NCBI GenBank assembly: GCA_964016885.1
Contig: OZ024746.1
Location: 53,940,001 to 54,004,000 of the forward strand
Direction: 5' to 3'
Origin: Eledone cirrhosa
Taxonomy: Eukaryota
DNA: 64,000 nt
Shown piece by piece: positions 35,161 through 48,860 of the stretch; position 1 is the first letter of the stretch, and each line of letters starts with the position of its first letter. The notes under the pieces are model-generated. The model worked only from the letters and a program-made list of their open reading frames with translations. It had not been told where the DNA came from and made no database searches. The position numbers and the translations under genes were made by a program.

Positions 35161-37068
35161 GTTTCTGAATTTGTTTAGCAAGATTCTTTATCTGAAAACG
35201 TGTGCTGAAACCTATATTGTTATACTTTGGGAGGGTCATGTTGCCAGTAAGAAACACACGCACCAGTTGCTTTCACTTCAATTTATTATAATAAATTTAT
35301 AAATTTAGGAATTTATAAATTTCCGGTTGGTTGGTTGGTTCCACAACCAGATAGTTGTTTATATATTGTCAAAGTTCTTTCGTCACACATTCTGTGACCT
35401 CTTCAGTGACTGGGGATTCTTTTCTTTGTTTTTGTGCCTCTCTTTTGTTCTGTCCTACGGAATTTTGTTTCTGTGTGTGTGTTGTGTGCTCAGTCTGCGC
35501 ATGCGCCACATCCGTTTATCTGTCTGTGTTTATATTCGTTTATTTATTTGTTTATTTATATGTTACAGGTTGGTTGTTTGTTCTATGTACGTGTGTGTTT
35601 TCATTTTGTCCTTAATTGTAAGTTGTGATGTTGCTGTTCCACTCATATTTTCTATTTAATTTTGGTTGTAATTCTTTTATGTTTATTGCCTCTGTGATTT
35701 GTCTAAACATTGCATCTTTTCTGTGTGTAGATTCTATTTTTATTTCTATGTTCTCTAATTTACCCTTATGTTCTATTTTAGCATGTTGGTAGAGTACAGA
35801 TGATTCTTTACTATCTTGAAGGTCTCGCCAGTGTTCATTTATCAGTTCCCCTACACTACGAGCTGTCTCACCTATGTACACTATATTTTTGTCTCTACAT
35901 TGTCCTTCAGTTCATCTTATGCTATATACTACATTTCTAGTTTTACAGTTAATATGTGGGCTTAATTTACAGGTTATACATTTCTTATCTATACAGCGTG
36001 TCTTTGAAAAGGGTATGTCTTGCTAATAAGTGTTTTTTCCGGAGGTACCTGGTCTTTCTACTATCTTAATGTTGAGTTTATGTTTATCTAGGGCCCTTCT
36101 AAGTTTGTAAGCTAATTCACCTCTAGGGGTTGTATCGATGAACATTACACTCTGGTATTTATTGCAATCATACCTTAGTTCTTTCTATTCTATTCCAAAA
36201 TTTGCTCCTATACATGGGGCAGGTCCCATTTGTGTAATTATTTACCACTTATTAGCAAGACATACCCTTTTCAAAGACCCCCTGTATAGATAAGAAATGT
36301 ATAACTTGTAAATTAAGCCCCCATATTAACTGTAAAACTAGAAATGTAGTATATAGTATAATATGTACTGAAGGACAATGTAGAGACAAAAATATAGTGT
36401 ACATAGGTGAGACAGCTCGTAGTGTAGGGGAACGGATAAATGAACACAGGTGAGACCTTCAAGATAGTAAAGAATCATCTGTACTCTACCAACATGCTAA
36501 AATAGAACATAAGGGTAAATTAGAGAACATAGAAATAAAAATAGAATCTACACACAGAAAAGACGCAATGTTTAGACAAATCACAGAGGCAATAAACATA
36601 AAAGAATTACAACCAAAATTAATTAGAAAATATGAGTGGAACAGCAACATCACAACTTACAATTAAGGACAAAATGAAAACACACACGCACATAGAACAA
36701 ACAACCAACCTGTAACATGTAAATAAACAAATAAATAAACGAATATAAACACACACAGACACCCGGATGTGGCGCATGCGCAGACTGAGCACACAACACA
36801 CACACAGAAACAAAATGGCGTAGGACAGAACAAAAGAGAGGCACAAAAACAAAGAAAAGAATCCCCAGTCACTGAAGAGGTCACAGCATGTGTGACGAAA
36901 GAACTTTGACAATATATAAACAACTATCTGGTTGTGGAACCAACCAACCAACCGGAAATTTATAAATTCCTAAATTTATAAATTTATTATAATAAATTGA
37001 AGTGAAAGCAACTGGTCCGTGTGTTTCTTATTGGCAACATGACCCTCCCAAAGAATAACAATAACAAT
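35158..37068 (-). mobile_element. PLE family 2: 3' portion (36240-35158, minus) with inverted 5' arm (36245-37068)
   Basis: GIY-YIG motifs NVVY...YIGETARS...R...H and RQITEA...LNRKYEW in both arms. Unpaired ~55-nt tail at 35158-35213; (TA)n flanks. Confidence 0.88.
36868..36910 (+). ncRNA. Hammerhead-like motif in the PLE family 2 3' UTR (mirror at 35368-35410, minus)
   Basis: gtca-CTGAAGA-g-gtcaca(gcatg)tgtgac-GAAA-gaa-CTT-tgac. Confidence 0.6.
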
Positions 37069-37085
37069 ATATATATATATATGTG

Positions 37086-37137
<52 letters not shown>

Positions 37138-37214
37138 CACATATATATATATATATATATTGTTATTCTTTGGGAGGGTCATGTTGCCAATAAGAAACAC
37201 ACGGACCAGTTGTA

Positions 37215-37271
<57 letters not shown>

Positions 37272-37273
<2 letters not shown>

Positions 37274-40200
37274 CAATTTATACATTAACAACACACCAAA
37301 ACAATTAAAACCATCCACTCTCGCCTCTACATTTTTGCTTAACGCCCAAGGCATCAGCCCTTCCACCAATACTCAAAAATGGAAGATCAAATTCCTGGAG
37401 GACTGGATTGATGTCCATCCAAACCACATCCCTTTCTTCGTCCTCACTGAAACCCATCTCAGTAACCTCCACTTGGAAGCCGAGGTGAAAGTGAAAAATT
37501 TCAAAGCCATCCGTGCTGATCGCGCTGGCAGAAGAAAGGGCGGAACTGCCATTTATGTCCATAATTCTTTCTCAACAGAGGCTATGAACATATTCACTAA
37601 TGGATACTGTGAGGCAGTCACTGTATTCAGTCAAACCAACAACCTATTAGTAGTTGGGCTCTATAGGCCACCCCAAACGCCTGTACCATGCTTCAAGGAA
37701 TGCCTCAACAGCATAAAGTGTTTCATCCAAGAGTGTCACCCTGACAACATCTTAATGATGGGGGACTTCAACCTCCCCGGAGTTGACTGGTCCACAAACA
37801 CCCTGCCACCAGGTTCTTCTGCCTCAACCTCTGACAGGGAAGCTGTGGAATCGCTTCTTGACTTCATGGATGATTTCTTCCTATCCCAACTAGTGCTCGA
37901 ACCAACGAGGTGCCACAAAAACGTCCTAGACTTAATTTTCAGCAATCACACTGACAATATCCACAATATTGCAGTGGAGAAAACTCTACTCTCTGATCAT
38001 GACATGGTTCTCTGTGATCTGAGATTCCACCGTCCAATATACAAACCCAATGTCATTTCTCCTGTCCATCCGTTTGACGCTATGGATTTCCACAATGCAA
38101 ACTGGGAAGCGATCAGTCATGATCTTGCACATGTCGACTGGTCCTTCACGCACACTCATACACCCACTAACATCAAAAAGTCCTGGCAGACTTTTGTGGT
38201 CACTGTTACAAACATATGTGCTAAACACACCCCATTAAGAACTATAAACAAATCTAAGAGCAGAATCCCTAGAAATAGAAAAACACTCATCAGAAAAATT
38301 AAGAGAACGAACAAAAAAATCAACAAGCTGAAATACTGTCAGCAGCAACACATCAACTTGACTGCCATTTCATCACTAGAGATTAAAAAACATAACCTCC
38401 AAAACAACATAATGTCCCTCATCAACAATCAGAGAAGAGCTGAAGAGGCCTGGGCCATTGAGAAGATCAAACTCAATCCCAAAGTGTTCTTTTCATTTGC
38501 AAAAAAACACAAAATCACTGGCTCTACTGTTGGCCCTCTAATTGATGAAAATGGCACTCTTCAAGACAATGCTAAAACCATGGGTGAGATACTGCAGAAA
38601 CAATACTGCTCTGTTTTCAGCAATCCTGATATGGCCGATCTGGGCTGTATCGGCGATGTTACTCCCCATTACACCTTATCGGACATAACGTTTGGCGCCC
38701 CTGATGTCTTGGCGGCAATAAAGGAAATCAAACATAATTCAGCAGTAGGTCCCGATAGGTTCCCTGCTTGTGTCTTGAAGGCGTGTCAACACCAACTTGC
38801 TTCTCCTCTTGCCAATCTGTGGCGGAACTCACTGGATGCTGGATATGTGCCAGAAAACCTTCTATCCCAGTCTGTTGTCCCAGTTTTCAAAAAGGGAAAC
38901 AAATCCCTTGCCGTGAATTACCGTCCAATCTCACTCACCTCTCATATCATTAAGGTATTTGAGCGAGTGGTGAGATCGCGAATGACCCACTTCCTTGAGA
39001 GTAACAATATGCTGAACTCCAACCAGCATGGATTCCGTAATGGAAGGGATTGCCTGACGCAACTACTGCATCACTTTGATGACATTTTGAGAGCCTTGGG
39101 AGAGGGTTCCAACACTGATGTTATCTACCTTGATTTCAGCAAGGCCTTTGACAGGGTTGATCATAACATTCTACTGAGAAAGCTGTCCAATATTGGTGTC
39201 ACTGGAAAGCTGCTGCAGTGGATCAAGAGCTTCCTGTCAAACAGAACCCAACATGTTGTAGTTGAGGGAGTCAAATCAAGCCCAGCCAAAGTCAGTAGTG
39301 GAGTCCCACAAGGCACTGTGTTGGGCCCACTTCTCTTCATCATCTATATTAATGACATCACTGACATCATCAAACACAGCAACATTAAAATTTTCGCTGA
39401 TGATTCCAAGCTCCAAAAGGTCATCAATGGCGTGGATGACCGGATAAGCCTTCAGTCAGACCTACTGGCTGTTACCCAATGGGCAGAAAAGAACAACATG
39501 TTACTGAACGAGGACAAATTCGAACTGATCCACTTTGGAAAAGAGGATGCTCTGAAACTCCCGTACTCCCTTCCCTCCGGGGAAACTCTCGTGGCATCTA
39601 ACAACATCAGAGACTTGGGAGTAACCGTGGACAGCAACATAAGCTGGACCACGCATATAAGCAGCAAAGTTGACATGGCCCGCAGAATGTGTTCCTGGAT
39701 CCTCAGAACCTTCCAGTCGAGAGATTCCCGCACCATTATCCTTCTCTTCTCTACTTTCGCCCGACCACACCTTGAATACTGTTGTCCACTGTGGTCTCCC
39801 CACACGAAACAAAGTATCATGAAACTTGAAGCTCCTCAAAGGGCAATCACGAAAAAAATAGATGGCATGTCAGACCTTGACTACTGGGGTCGATTGGAAA
39901 ACCTGAAACTTTACTCACTCCAACGTCGCCGTGAGCGTTATATTATCTGCATGATGTGGAAAATGTTCCATCATCACTGCCCAAATGATGTTGGCATCGC
40001 CTTCAAGATACACCCAAGGCTTGGGCCCCGTGCTATCCGTCCCATTCAAAAATCTAAATCGCAACTCATAACAACAATACGGCACAATTATTTCACCTCA
40101 ATCGGCCCTGCTCTCTTCAACATCACACCAGGACACGTCAAAACAGAAACTGACCACACAAGATTCAAGAAGTCTTTGGACAAATTCCTCCAAGTAATCC

Positions 40201-40280
40201 CGGACAAACCACCCACACCCGGATATGTCTCCGCAAACAGTAATTCTCTTCTCGAATGGGCCATGGTGCCCAAATCCTGA
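37272..40280 (+). CDS. CR1-group LINE ORF: AP endonuclease + reverse transcriptase, uninterrupted (~1000 aa; true start uncertain)
   Basis: APE motifs LNAQGI, LTETHL, GLYRPP, MGDFN, LDL and SDH. RT motifs [36 protein letters not shown] and RPHLEY. Element ends at ~40367 in short tandem repeats. Confidence 0.93.
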
Positions 40281-40427
40281 ATTGAAAGACTTCGCCAGGT
40301 GGTGCTATTAAGTTAGACATGGCCTGGGCCAATACTGGCCAAAACATTTCAAAGTTATTCAAAGTTATGTATGTATGTATATATGTATGTATATATATAT
40401 ATATACATACATACATACATATATATG

Positions 40428-40496
<69 letters not shown>

Positions 40497-40500
<4 letters not shown>

Positions 40501-40750
40501 CTATACTTGGGGAGGGTCATATTTGTGTAATATTGCCAGTATTAATAACAGAACACACTCACTCTTTGGTTGGTTTTTGCTTTTCGCTTCTGTGTCTTTT
40601 ATATCGCTAATCTCATTTATTCGGTCCTCAATGTTGCCATTGACTGACCGACGGTGAAAAATAATACAGATACAATATAGACACAAACACATATATATAG
40701 TTTATCAAAGTTCTTTCTTTGCACATCTGCAACATCGTCAGTGGTGCTAT
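40497..40750 (-). mobile_element. PLE family 2 3' UTR fragment
   Basis: Starts TATTGCTATACTTGGGGAGGGTCAT after (TA)n; homologous to 50295-50560. Shorter copies at 37158-37213, 51863-51970 and 52389-52520. Confidence 0.75.
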
Positions 40751-40752
40751 TG

Positions 40753-40785
<33 letters not shown>

Positions 40786-40796
40786 TTTTTTTTTTG

Positions 40797-41890
40797 TCAG
40801 TCTCAAGAAAACCGTCGTCATGTACCAACCTGCCCCTAGTAAGCAGTACACTGAACCAAACATCTATGTGTATGGCAAACGACTTGGAGTGGTTGATCAG
40901 TTTGTCTATCTGGGAAGCACTGTCAATCGATACGGCAACCTTGACAGTGAAATCTCACTTAGGATTAGGAAAGCAAGTGATGCTTTCGGAAAGCTAGAAA
41001 TGCGACTCTGGGGTCGGCGAGACATATGCAGGAGGACAAAGGTAAAGGTGTACAGGGCATGTGTACTCTCTTGTCTTCTTTATGCCTGCGAGACCTGGGT
41101 CACATATCGACACCACCTTAAGCAATTGGAGCGTTTCCATCAGATGTGTCTCAGACGGATCCATGGCGTTCACTGGAGGGACCACATCAGTGATGTCGAG
41201 ATTTTGGAAAGCTCTATGTGTGACAGTATAGAAGCTCTTGTGCTTAAGCAACGACTCCGTTGGAGTGGTCACCTTGCCAGGATGAAGGATTCTAGAATAC
41301 CAAAACAACTCTTCTATGGAGAGTTGGTTAAAGGAAAACGACCGCCACATAAACCAAAAAAGAGGTATAAGGATTCCTTGAAATCCTCTCTGAAAGACGC
41401 TAAGATCTCTGCTGATACATGGGAAAATATTGCTGCTGATCGTTATAAATGGAGAAAGACTGTATATGAGGGAAAAGTTGCCTTTAAGGCATCTCGAATC
41501 GCACACGAGAAAGTAAAGCGGGACGTGAGGAAGGGCATTGGTGTTGCACTTGAAGACGGCGAGGGTCCTCCTATGGTGCTGACATGCAGCGTCTGTGCGA
41601 GGCTCTGCCTAAGCAAAGCTGGACTCGAAAGTCATCTTCGCAGTCATAAAGTAAGACCAGTGGTTGACTACCAGGCTGCTGTTGGAGATGCTACTCATCA
41701 TGCTTGCTAAACATGTGGTAGAGAATGTAAATCAGCAGGAGGGCTCAAGCGACATGCAAAAGTACACGAACTCCAACCACAGCCGACTATTCCCAGTGAA
41801 TGCTTTGGATGCCGACTCTGTGCAAGACATTTTAGATCATTGGCTGGGCTAAAAAGCCACATTCGATCGCAGCACTGTTAGCTGCTATCG
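40797..41890 (+). pseudogene. RTE (BovB-like) LINE 3' fragment: RT thumb/C-terminal region plus three C2H2 fingers; one premature stop at 41708
   Basis: Motifs FVYLGS, TKVKVYRACVLSCLLYACETW, RLRWSGHLARM, RIPKQLFYGEL and DRYKWR. The frame continues to TAG at ~41881, then (TG)n. Confidence 0.9.
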
Positions 41891-42009
41891 TGTGTGTGTG
41901 TGTGTGTGTGTGTGTTGTGTGTGTAGATATGCTTATGTGCGTGCGTGTGTGTGTATATATATATATGAATATGTATATTATTATTGTTGTTGTTATTATT
42001 ATTGTTGTT

Positions 42010-45002
42010 ATTCCTTGAATCTCAGTCATTGATGTTGGTTAACTGGAAAGTCCGTTGGAATGAATATCAAGCCACTACCTGCAGCCTCAGATATTCAGGA
42101 CGTATCGGAGGGTTCTTGCTGTTCCAAGCAAGCATGCCTTTTGAAGCGTTCCAAAAAGCGTGACGAGGCCGATTTTCTTTAACCATCCCTGGAAACTTTT
42201 GGAGATAGTCCCCAGTGCGCCTATGACAATCGGGATCACTTTGACTTCATGGCAGTTCCAATTCCTTTTCACCTCCCACTTTAGGTCCTGGTATCGGTTA
42301 ATTTTCTCCCTCTCCTTCTCTTGCACTCTCGTGTTGAAAGGGCAGGCCACATCCACAATCAGACACGATCTTTTTTCTTTGTCCACAACCACCAGGTCAG
42401 GTCTATTGTGTTCCAGTTTTTTGTCCGTCTGTATCCTAAAATCCCACAGCACCTTCACCTGATTGTTCTCCATCACCGCCTCTGGCCTATGCTCATACCA
42501 TTTCTCAGAGTGTGGTAAATTGTTTACTTTGCACAGGTGCCAGTGGATCACCCTGCCCATCACATCGTGTCTCCAGCCCTTATAGTGGTTCTGGGCTAGG
42601 TGTTTACACTCGGACACAATGTGAGCCACAGTCTCCTCTCTCTCTCCACAGATCCTGCACAGTTGGCTAGCCTCCTCCTTGTAAATATGGTGCTTCAACC
42701 ACTTCGTTTTGAGGGCCTGCTCCTGCGCAGCCATTAGCATTCCTTCTGTAGCCTTTTTGAGGTCTCCTCTTCTCAACCAGTTCCATGTCTGTGGATCTCT
42801 AAATTCAGTTTTCTCAAAGAAGGTACTATGAAGGGATTTTCCCTTAAGACTGCTCTTCCTCCTTGATGTTATTTTCTCCTTGGACATCCCCTGGCCTACT
42901 GTCCCCTCCTTCAGTACAGTTCTGAGCATTGGCTCCTTACTATAGGTCACGTATTTGTATAGGTTGTTTTTCTCCATCTGAACACAGTCCTCTATGCTGA
43001 TAAGACCTCTTCCACCCGCAGATCTCCTTAGGTAGAGTCTATCGACATCACTCCTCTTGTGGAACATGTTCTAGATAGTCAATAGCTTCCTAGTCTTCCT
43101 ATCCATTTCTTTTTGTTCAGCAACATTCCATCTCAGAATTCCCGCACTGTACCTAATAATAGACACAGCTCGGGAATTTACTGCGCTTATGGCATTTCTG
43201 CTGTTCAGATGTGACTTCAATACGCTCCTTACTCTCCGAATGTATTCAGTTCTTAACAATTCCTTCATTTTTTTGTTCTTTATGCCATCAGCCTCCAGAA
43301 CGCCCAAATACTTGTATCCTTCCTCAGAGTCAATTTCCTTTATCATCTCACCTGTTGGTATCTGGATCCCGTTACTTCTGCTCAACCTACCCCTCCTCAT
43401 CACAATTACTCCACATTTACTAATACCAAACTGCATACATATATCACTGCTGAAAATACGGACAGTGTCAACAAGCACATCCAACTCCTTCTCACTTTTC
43501 CCGAAGAGCTTAAGATCGTCCATGAAGAGGAGGTGATTGATGGTAAGCTCTCCCTTTCCCAACTTGTATCCTGCTCTCACTTTTCGCAGCATAATGGTCA
43601 AGGGGATCAGGGCAAGGACAAACAACAGAGGGGACAGGCTATCTCCCTGGAAGATACCTCTCTTGATCTTCACGCTTCCCAAGGATACTCCAGTTGATGT
43701 CAACTCTGTCTCCCAGGACCCCATACTCCTGCCCAGCAACTGTCTGATGTTATCTGCCACCCTGAAGATCTCCAGGCTTTTGGTGATCCAAGAATGAGGC
43801 ACCATGTCAAATGCCTTTCTGTAGTCTATCCATCCCATGGCAAGATCAGTGTGTCTCCTCCTGCAATTCCCCATTACCATCTTATCAATAAGTAACTGGT
43901 CCTTTGTACCACGTGACTTCTTTCGGCATCCTTTCTGTTCGTCCGGTAACAAGTTGTTTGTGTGGAGGTGATGGTAGATTTCCTCAGACACAATGCTCGT
44001 CAGCAGTTTCCACATTACGGACAGACATGTGATAGGTCTATAGTTGGTAACATCATTACCCTTGATTCGGTCTTTCATTATCAGAACTGTGGTACCTTTT
44101 GTCAACCACTCTGGCACCTCACCCGACACCAAGCAGTCATTGAACATGGCCGTCAGCTTCGGGTGGAGGGATGTTAAATTTTTAATCCAATACCCCTGCA
44201 CACCATCTGGGCTTGGTGATTTCCAGTTGGTTAGTTTTTTGGCCTGCCCCTTAAGAGTTTCAACTGTGATACTCAAATCAGTTTGTTGGTGTGCCTGCTC
44301 ACCGATCTCCCTCTGTACTGTCTCAATCCACCCTGCCTGGACATTATGTCTAACATCCTGCTCCCATATTCCTCTCCAGAATGTTTTAGTTTGCTCCGCC
44401 CCAGGGATCAAGTCGTTGCCTCTTTCTTTCCCCTCAAGCTGTCCAAACAGCATCTTCTGGTTGTTGTCGAACATGCGGTTCTGTTTATACTGACTGACAC
44501 TGTTCTCGTATCGCCTGATTTTTGCACTCTTTGCTACAATGCGTTGCTTCAGTTCCTCTATGATAATATTTAGCTTTTTCCTCCTAGTTTTGTACTTTAT
44601 TTCCAGTCTATTTTTAGTGCCTATGTTTTTTAGTGTCCCATTCAGTAGTGACTCAAGCTTTCCTATGTCATTTCTCATTTCCCCGATTTGACCACTCAGT
44701 CGTTTCTTCCACCACGGCTCTGCTCTTTCTTGTCTGTTGTTTCCTCTCGCTTTTATACCAAGTAGTTTCCTCACCGTATTTGCTGTTGCTTTGAGGATAT
44801 TGTTGCACTGGTGAAGGCTCCTCGCCTCAAGGTATGGGATGACTTTGTTTACCTTAGCTGTTGTTTCTTTTAACTTTTTCCTGTCTACAAATCTTAGGTT
44901 CATAGGTCTCCCACTATCATTGTTCAATTCATCTACCACTAAATTTAGGATGTCAACCGAATCTTGTCCTAGCCCGTCAGCATTCATCTCCTCAGTGGCC
45001 GT
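42010..45002 (-). mobile_element. R4/Dong-clade non-LTR retrotransposon (RT + CCHC + restriction-like endonuclease), 5'-truncated, in (TAA)n
   Basis: ORFs 43071-44987 and 42087-43067 are in frame, separated by one TAG. Motifs NYRPITCL, IDYRKAFD, GIFQGDSLSP, FMDD, CRIC..H...C, RHD, RPD...IVDVACP. TAA/CAA repeats at both ends. Confidence 0.9.
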
Positions 45003-45025
45003 GTTGTTGTTATTATTATTATTGC

Positions 45026-45056
<31 letters not shown>

Positions 45057-45165
45057 GTTATTAATGTGTGTGTATATGTGTGAGTGTATGTGTATGTATG
45101 TGTGTATGTATATATGTATGTATGTATGTATATATATATATATATATATATTTTTTTATTTTTTT

Positions 45166-45204
<39 letters not shown>

Positions 45205-45303
45205 TTTTTAATTTAATTTTATTTATTTTTTTTTTTCTTCTCGTGCAATGGCCATACTCGATAACGAGGGGGCAGCCATCATGTATGTATGTATGTATGT
45301 ATG

Positions 45304-45353
<50 letters not shown>

Positions 45354-46399
45354 TGCGGCGAATTGGCAGAGCTATTAAGACGTCTGACATAATGCTTTAC
45401 GGTACTCGTCCTATCTCATTGCACGCTCCGAGTTCAAATCCCATCGAAGTCAATTTTGATTTTCATTCTTTCGAGGTCGTACAAAAAGTATCAGTCCAGT
45501 ATTGGGGTCGATTCTCCCTCTGTAGAAAAAAATCGATTGTGTTCAAACCTGGAGAGGATTGGGCTCCAGCAGGTTTAAAGGCGCCTTAGACACGCCGTCT
45601 GACGGTGTCTCTACGACTCCACAAATAATTATGCTCACTTTATCCTTTTGATCCTATATATGTATATAAGTTGTCAGCTACACTTCTCGAAAATCTTGAT
45701 AACAAAGGATGGGTACAAAAGTTTGCCCCGCCTCAGGTATTGGATGTCTGTTGACTCTGAAGAGTTCCTTCACCCATTGATGTGTTTCATTCCCCTCCCA
45801 CAAGGTTTGTCCTTTAGATATAACTCATTTAGGCCAGATGAATAGACTGGTGCAACGTGAAATAAAGTGTCTTGCTCAAGGACACAACGCTCAACCGGAA
45901 TCGAACTCACGTTCGAAAAAGAACAAGACATTGTGTAGCATGAGAATCTCTTAGCTTAAGCTACCTACTTATTGGTTTGTCTCTTGTCTCATATACCTGA
46001 ATACTCCTCCCTTCAGATCACAGTATCCAGCTTTCTGTGATCACACTTTGTTAACACTGGTATGTCACTTGAATCCGGTCATATCCTCTTCACCCTTTCT
46101 CCTGTACGCCTTTCCTTTCTTTTACAGTCACCTTAAAATTCCCCCAGCACTTATGCGACGACAGCTATCTCCTCACCTTCTTAAGCAAATAAATATTCTC
46201 CGCATGCGTCTAAACACTCTATGAAAGGTTACCTAGATAACATTCCACGAGGACATGTCATTCATACCTCCTTCACAATAAATATCAATAAAGTAATTTT
46301 CTATCATCTGCACACCTAATACCTTTAAATTTGCTCCAAATACCATGTCACAATGCAACAGAGCCTCTCTCTTTGTGATATTAATAAAACAACACAAAA

Positions 46400-46740
46400 C
46401 AAACAAAACCTCTACCCTCTTGTTCTCTTGGAGGTGTCGCGAGAAGTAAGAGGTTTCGTCTACCAGCAATTTGGAAGGTCTGTTCTTCCTTGATGTCATG
46501 TGATTTCAGAATTTCCTGGACACCAACAATCCACTTCTTCCTAGGTTGACCTCTCACCTTGTGACCAGAAATCTTTGTGCATTATACGCACATAAAGCTG
46601 TCTGGTAGGCTAGCAGTCTCATGAGTGTTCCAAACAATCGTACAATTTGTTGTTGAATATGACGATGGATTGGTCTTCATCCTTGCCATTTTCCCGATCT
46701 CTTCACAACGTCTTATTATGTTGGCCTATGACATTACTGC
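46400..46740 (-). pseudogene. Old RTE-like LINE relic
   Basis: Minus translation fragments RLFGTLMR and GHKVRGQPRKKW. Confidence 0.4.
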
Positions 46741-46747
46741 CAGACAC

Positions 46748-46937
46748 AATTGTTTCTACTTTTGGCACAAGGCCATCAATTACCCAGTGTATTACTCGTA
46801 CTTTATTTTATCGACCCCGTAAGGATGAAAGGCAAAGTTAGCCTCGGCGGGATTTGAACTCAGACCATAAAGGGCCGTAACTCTTTGCTGCAAAGCATAG
46901 CGTCCGACCCTCTACCGATACTGCCAATTCACCGCCC
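46748..46937 (-). mobile_element. SINE family 1
   Basis: Full-length copy. Confidence 0.85.
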
Positions 46938-47689
46938 TCACAACAGTACTACACTACGTTATGTTAACTGGTAAGCTGGTCAGTTGGCACTCACGTGATG
47001 TGTCCTAAATATCGTACCCTTTGTTTCATGGATATAACCATGGATTGGTCTTGTTATGACCATTTAACTTATCTTTTTATGATGTGTACATCTCTTCATT
47101 ACAACTTTTCATTGACAGCTAATCTCAGGTCATAGAGATTTAGTCAAGATCCAAATTTGACCTTATGGCGTGTTATATTAACATGTGTTCTTGAGCAAGA
47201 CTCTTTATTTCACGTTGCTCCAGTTCATACATGTGGCTTAAATGAGATATATCTAAAGAGATATGGCTTAAATGAGACATATCCTCCTTGTGGGAGGAAA
47301 TATGAGGCCCATCAAAATTACATAAAGCAAAACGGACCTTCCTCATCAAGGCAAGGCATGTTTTTAATTCCAACTGTTATTGAAACTCCACTAACAGTAA
47401 CTGTAGACCACAATTCTCACACATCTTCAGACCACATTGATAAGGATCACTAAATTGGTTAGCTAAATTCACTTACCAATACACTGAAGTAGGAATCACT
47501 TCATGTTTGCTGTTCTATCGCAACAACAATTACCTCTATTTGCAGTTAACAGGCTGCTTGCCAATTCCATCCGAAATTGTCGGCCACAACGGTAACACCG
47601 ATTTTGCGGGTCATATCCGAATCAACTATTTTCTCAATATTCTTTATTCTCTGTTTGTGTTTGCCATAATTCCTATTATTGATTAATTA

Positions 47690-47962
47690 TTTATGCAATC
47701 AGAACCTGATGATGTCGCCAAGGTCTTACGTACCGGGCAATTGAAATATATAGAGAGTTTTAGCAATGACACTTTAAAAGGATATGCCTAGTCCGGCTGC
47801 CTGTTATTTCAATAAAATAATTATTTACCTCCGATCTTGCACCAGCAACGGGATTCAACATCAACGATGGATGAATTACATAACGTAGAGTGCTTTAAAT
47901 ACTATCATATCATGGTTAACTAAACGGAATGACCAGTTCTATCCATTGGTGAACTACAAAAC
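47690..47962 (+). repeat. Diverged inverted homologue of 49495-49772 (HHR-bearing pLTR-like repeat)
   Basis: Shared blocks CCTGATGATGTC.CCA, CTAGTCCGGC, GATTCAACAT and CGGAATGACC..TTCTATCCA.TGGTGAAC. Confidence 0.65.
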
Positions 47963-48020
47963 ATATCTACCTACCTACCTATCTCCTCTTTCTCGTTCTC
48001 TCTCTCTCTATATATATATG

Positions 48021-48191
<171 letters not shown>

Positions 48192-48199
48192 TAATTATC

Positions 48200-48384
48200 T
48201 GGTGGTTTGGCAGTAGCGGTAGAGGGTCGGACACCATGCTTTCCAGCATAGTTACGTCCCTTTACGGTCTGAGTTCAAATCCCGTCGAGGTTAACTTTGA
48301 TTTCATCCTTACGGGGTCGATAAAATAAAGTACCAGTAATGTACTGGGTAATTGCTGGCCTTGTGGTCAAAAGTAGAAACAATT
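48200..48384 (+). mobile_element. SINE family 1
   Basis: Full-length copy. Confidence 0.85.
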
Positions 48385-48804
48385 ATTAAGTGTATTCCTA
48401 CATACTTTGTTTTTAATGTTAATTTGAAATGCAAAATAAACTTTACGAGCTACTTTTATTTTAAGTCAACATAACATTTAGCCTCGCTGTGAAAAGTTAA
48501 AACAATGATGATAGTACAGCTGTTTCTCACACCAATTAGAAAAAGGGATCGATCAGACTGGTTCAACGTACGTAACGTTTCTTGGAAGATCGGTTGGTCG
48601 TTTTACTAAGCCAGAAGAATGAGCACTTTTAATATATTTATAGAAATATAGATTAGACAAATCTAAAATGTTCTAGTTAAATAGAACGCCGGCAACATGT
48701 ATTTATTTAGTAGTGTACACTCACATTCACATTCATACACAGACACACACACATACAGTCACACACACACATATGTATATGGATATATATGTATATTCAT
48801 ATAA

Positions 48805-48837
<33 letters not shown>

Positions 48838-48860
48838 GTATATATTTATATATATATATA

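Noticed and set aside
37218-37271. N-terminal MYIYIY extension of the 1020-aa ORF
   Set aside because: ATG lies within the flanking (TA)n tract; not part of the LINE protein.
32083-40351. Single giant fold-back or TIR transposon formed by the two LINE copies
   Set aside because: Different 5' truncation points, tails and flanks; the minus copy has its own target site inside a retrozyme.
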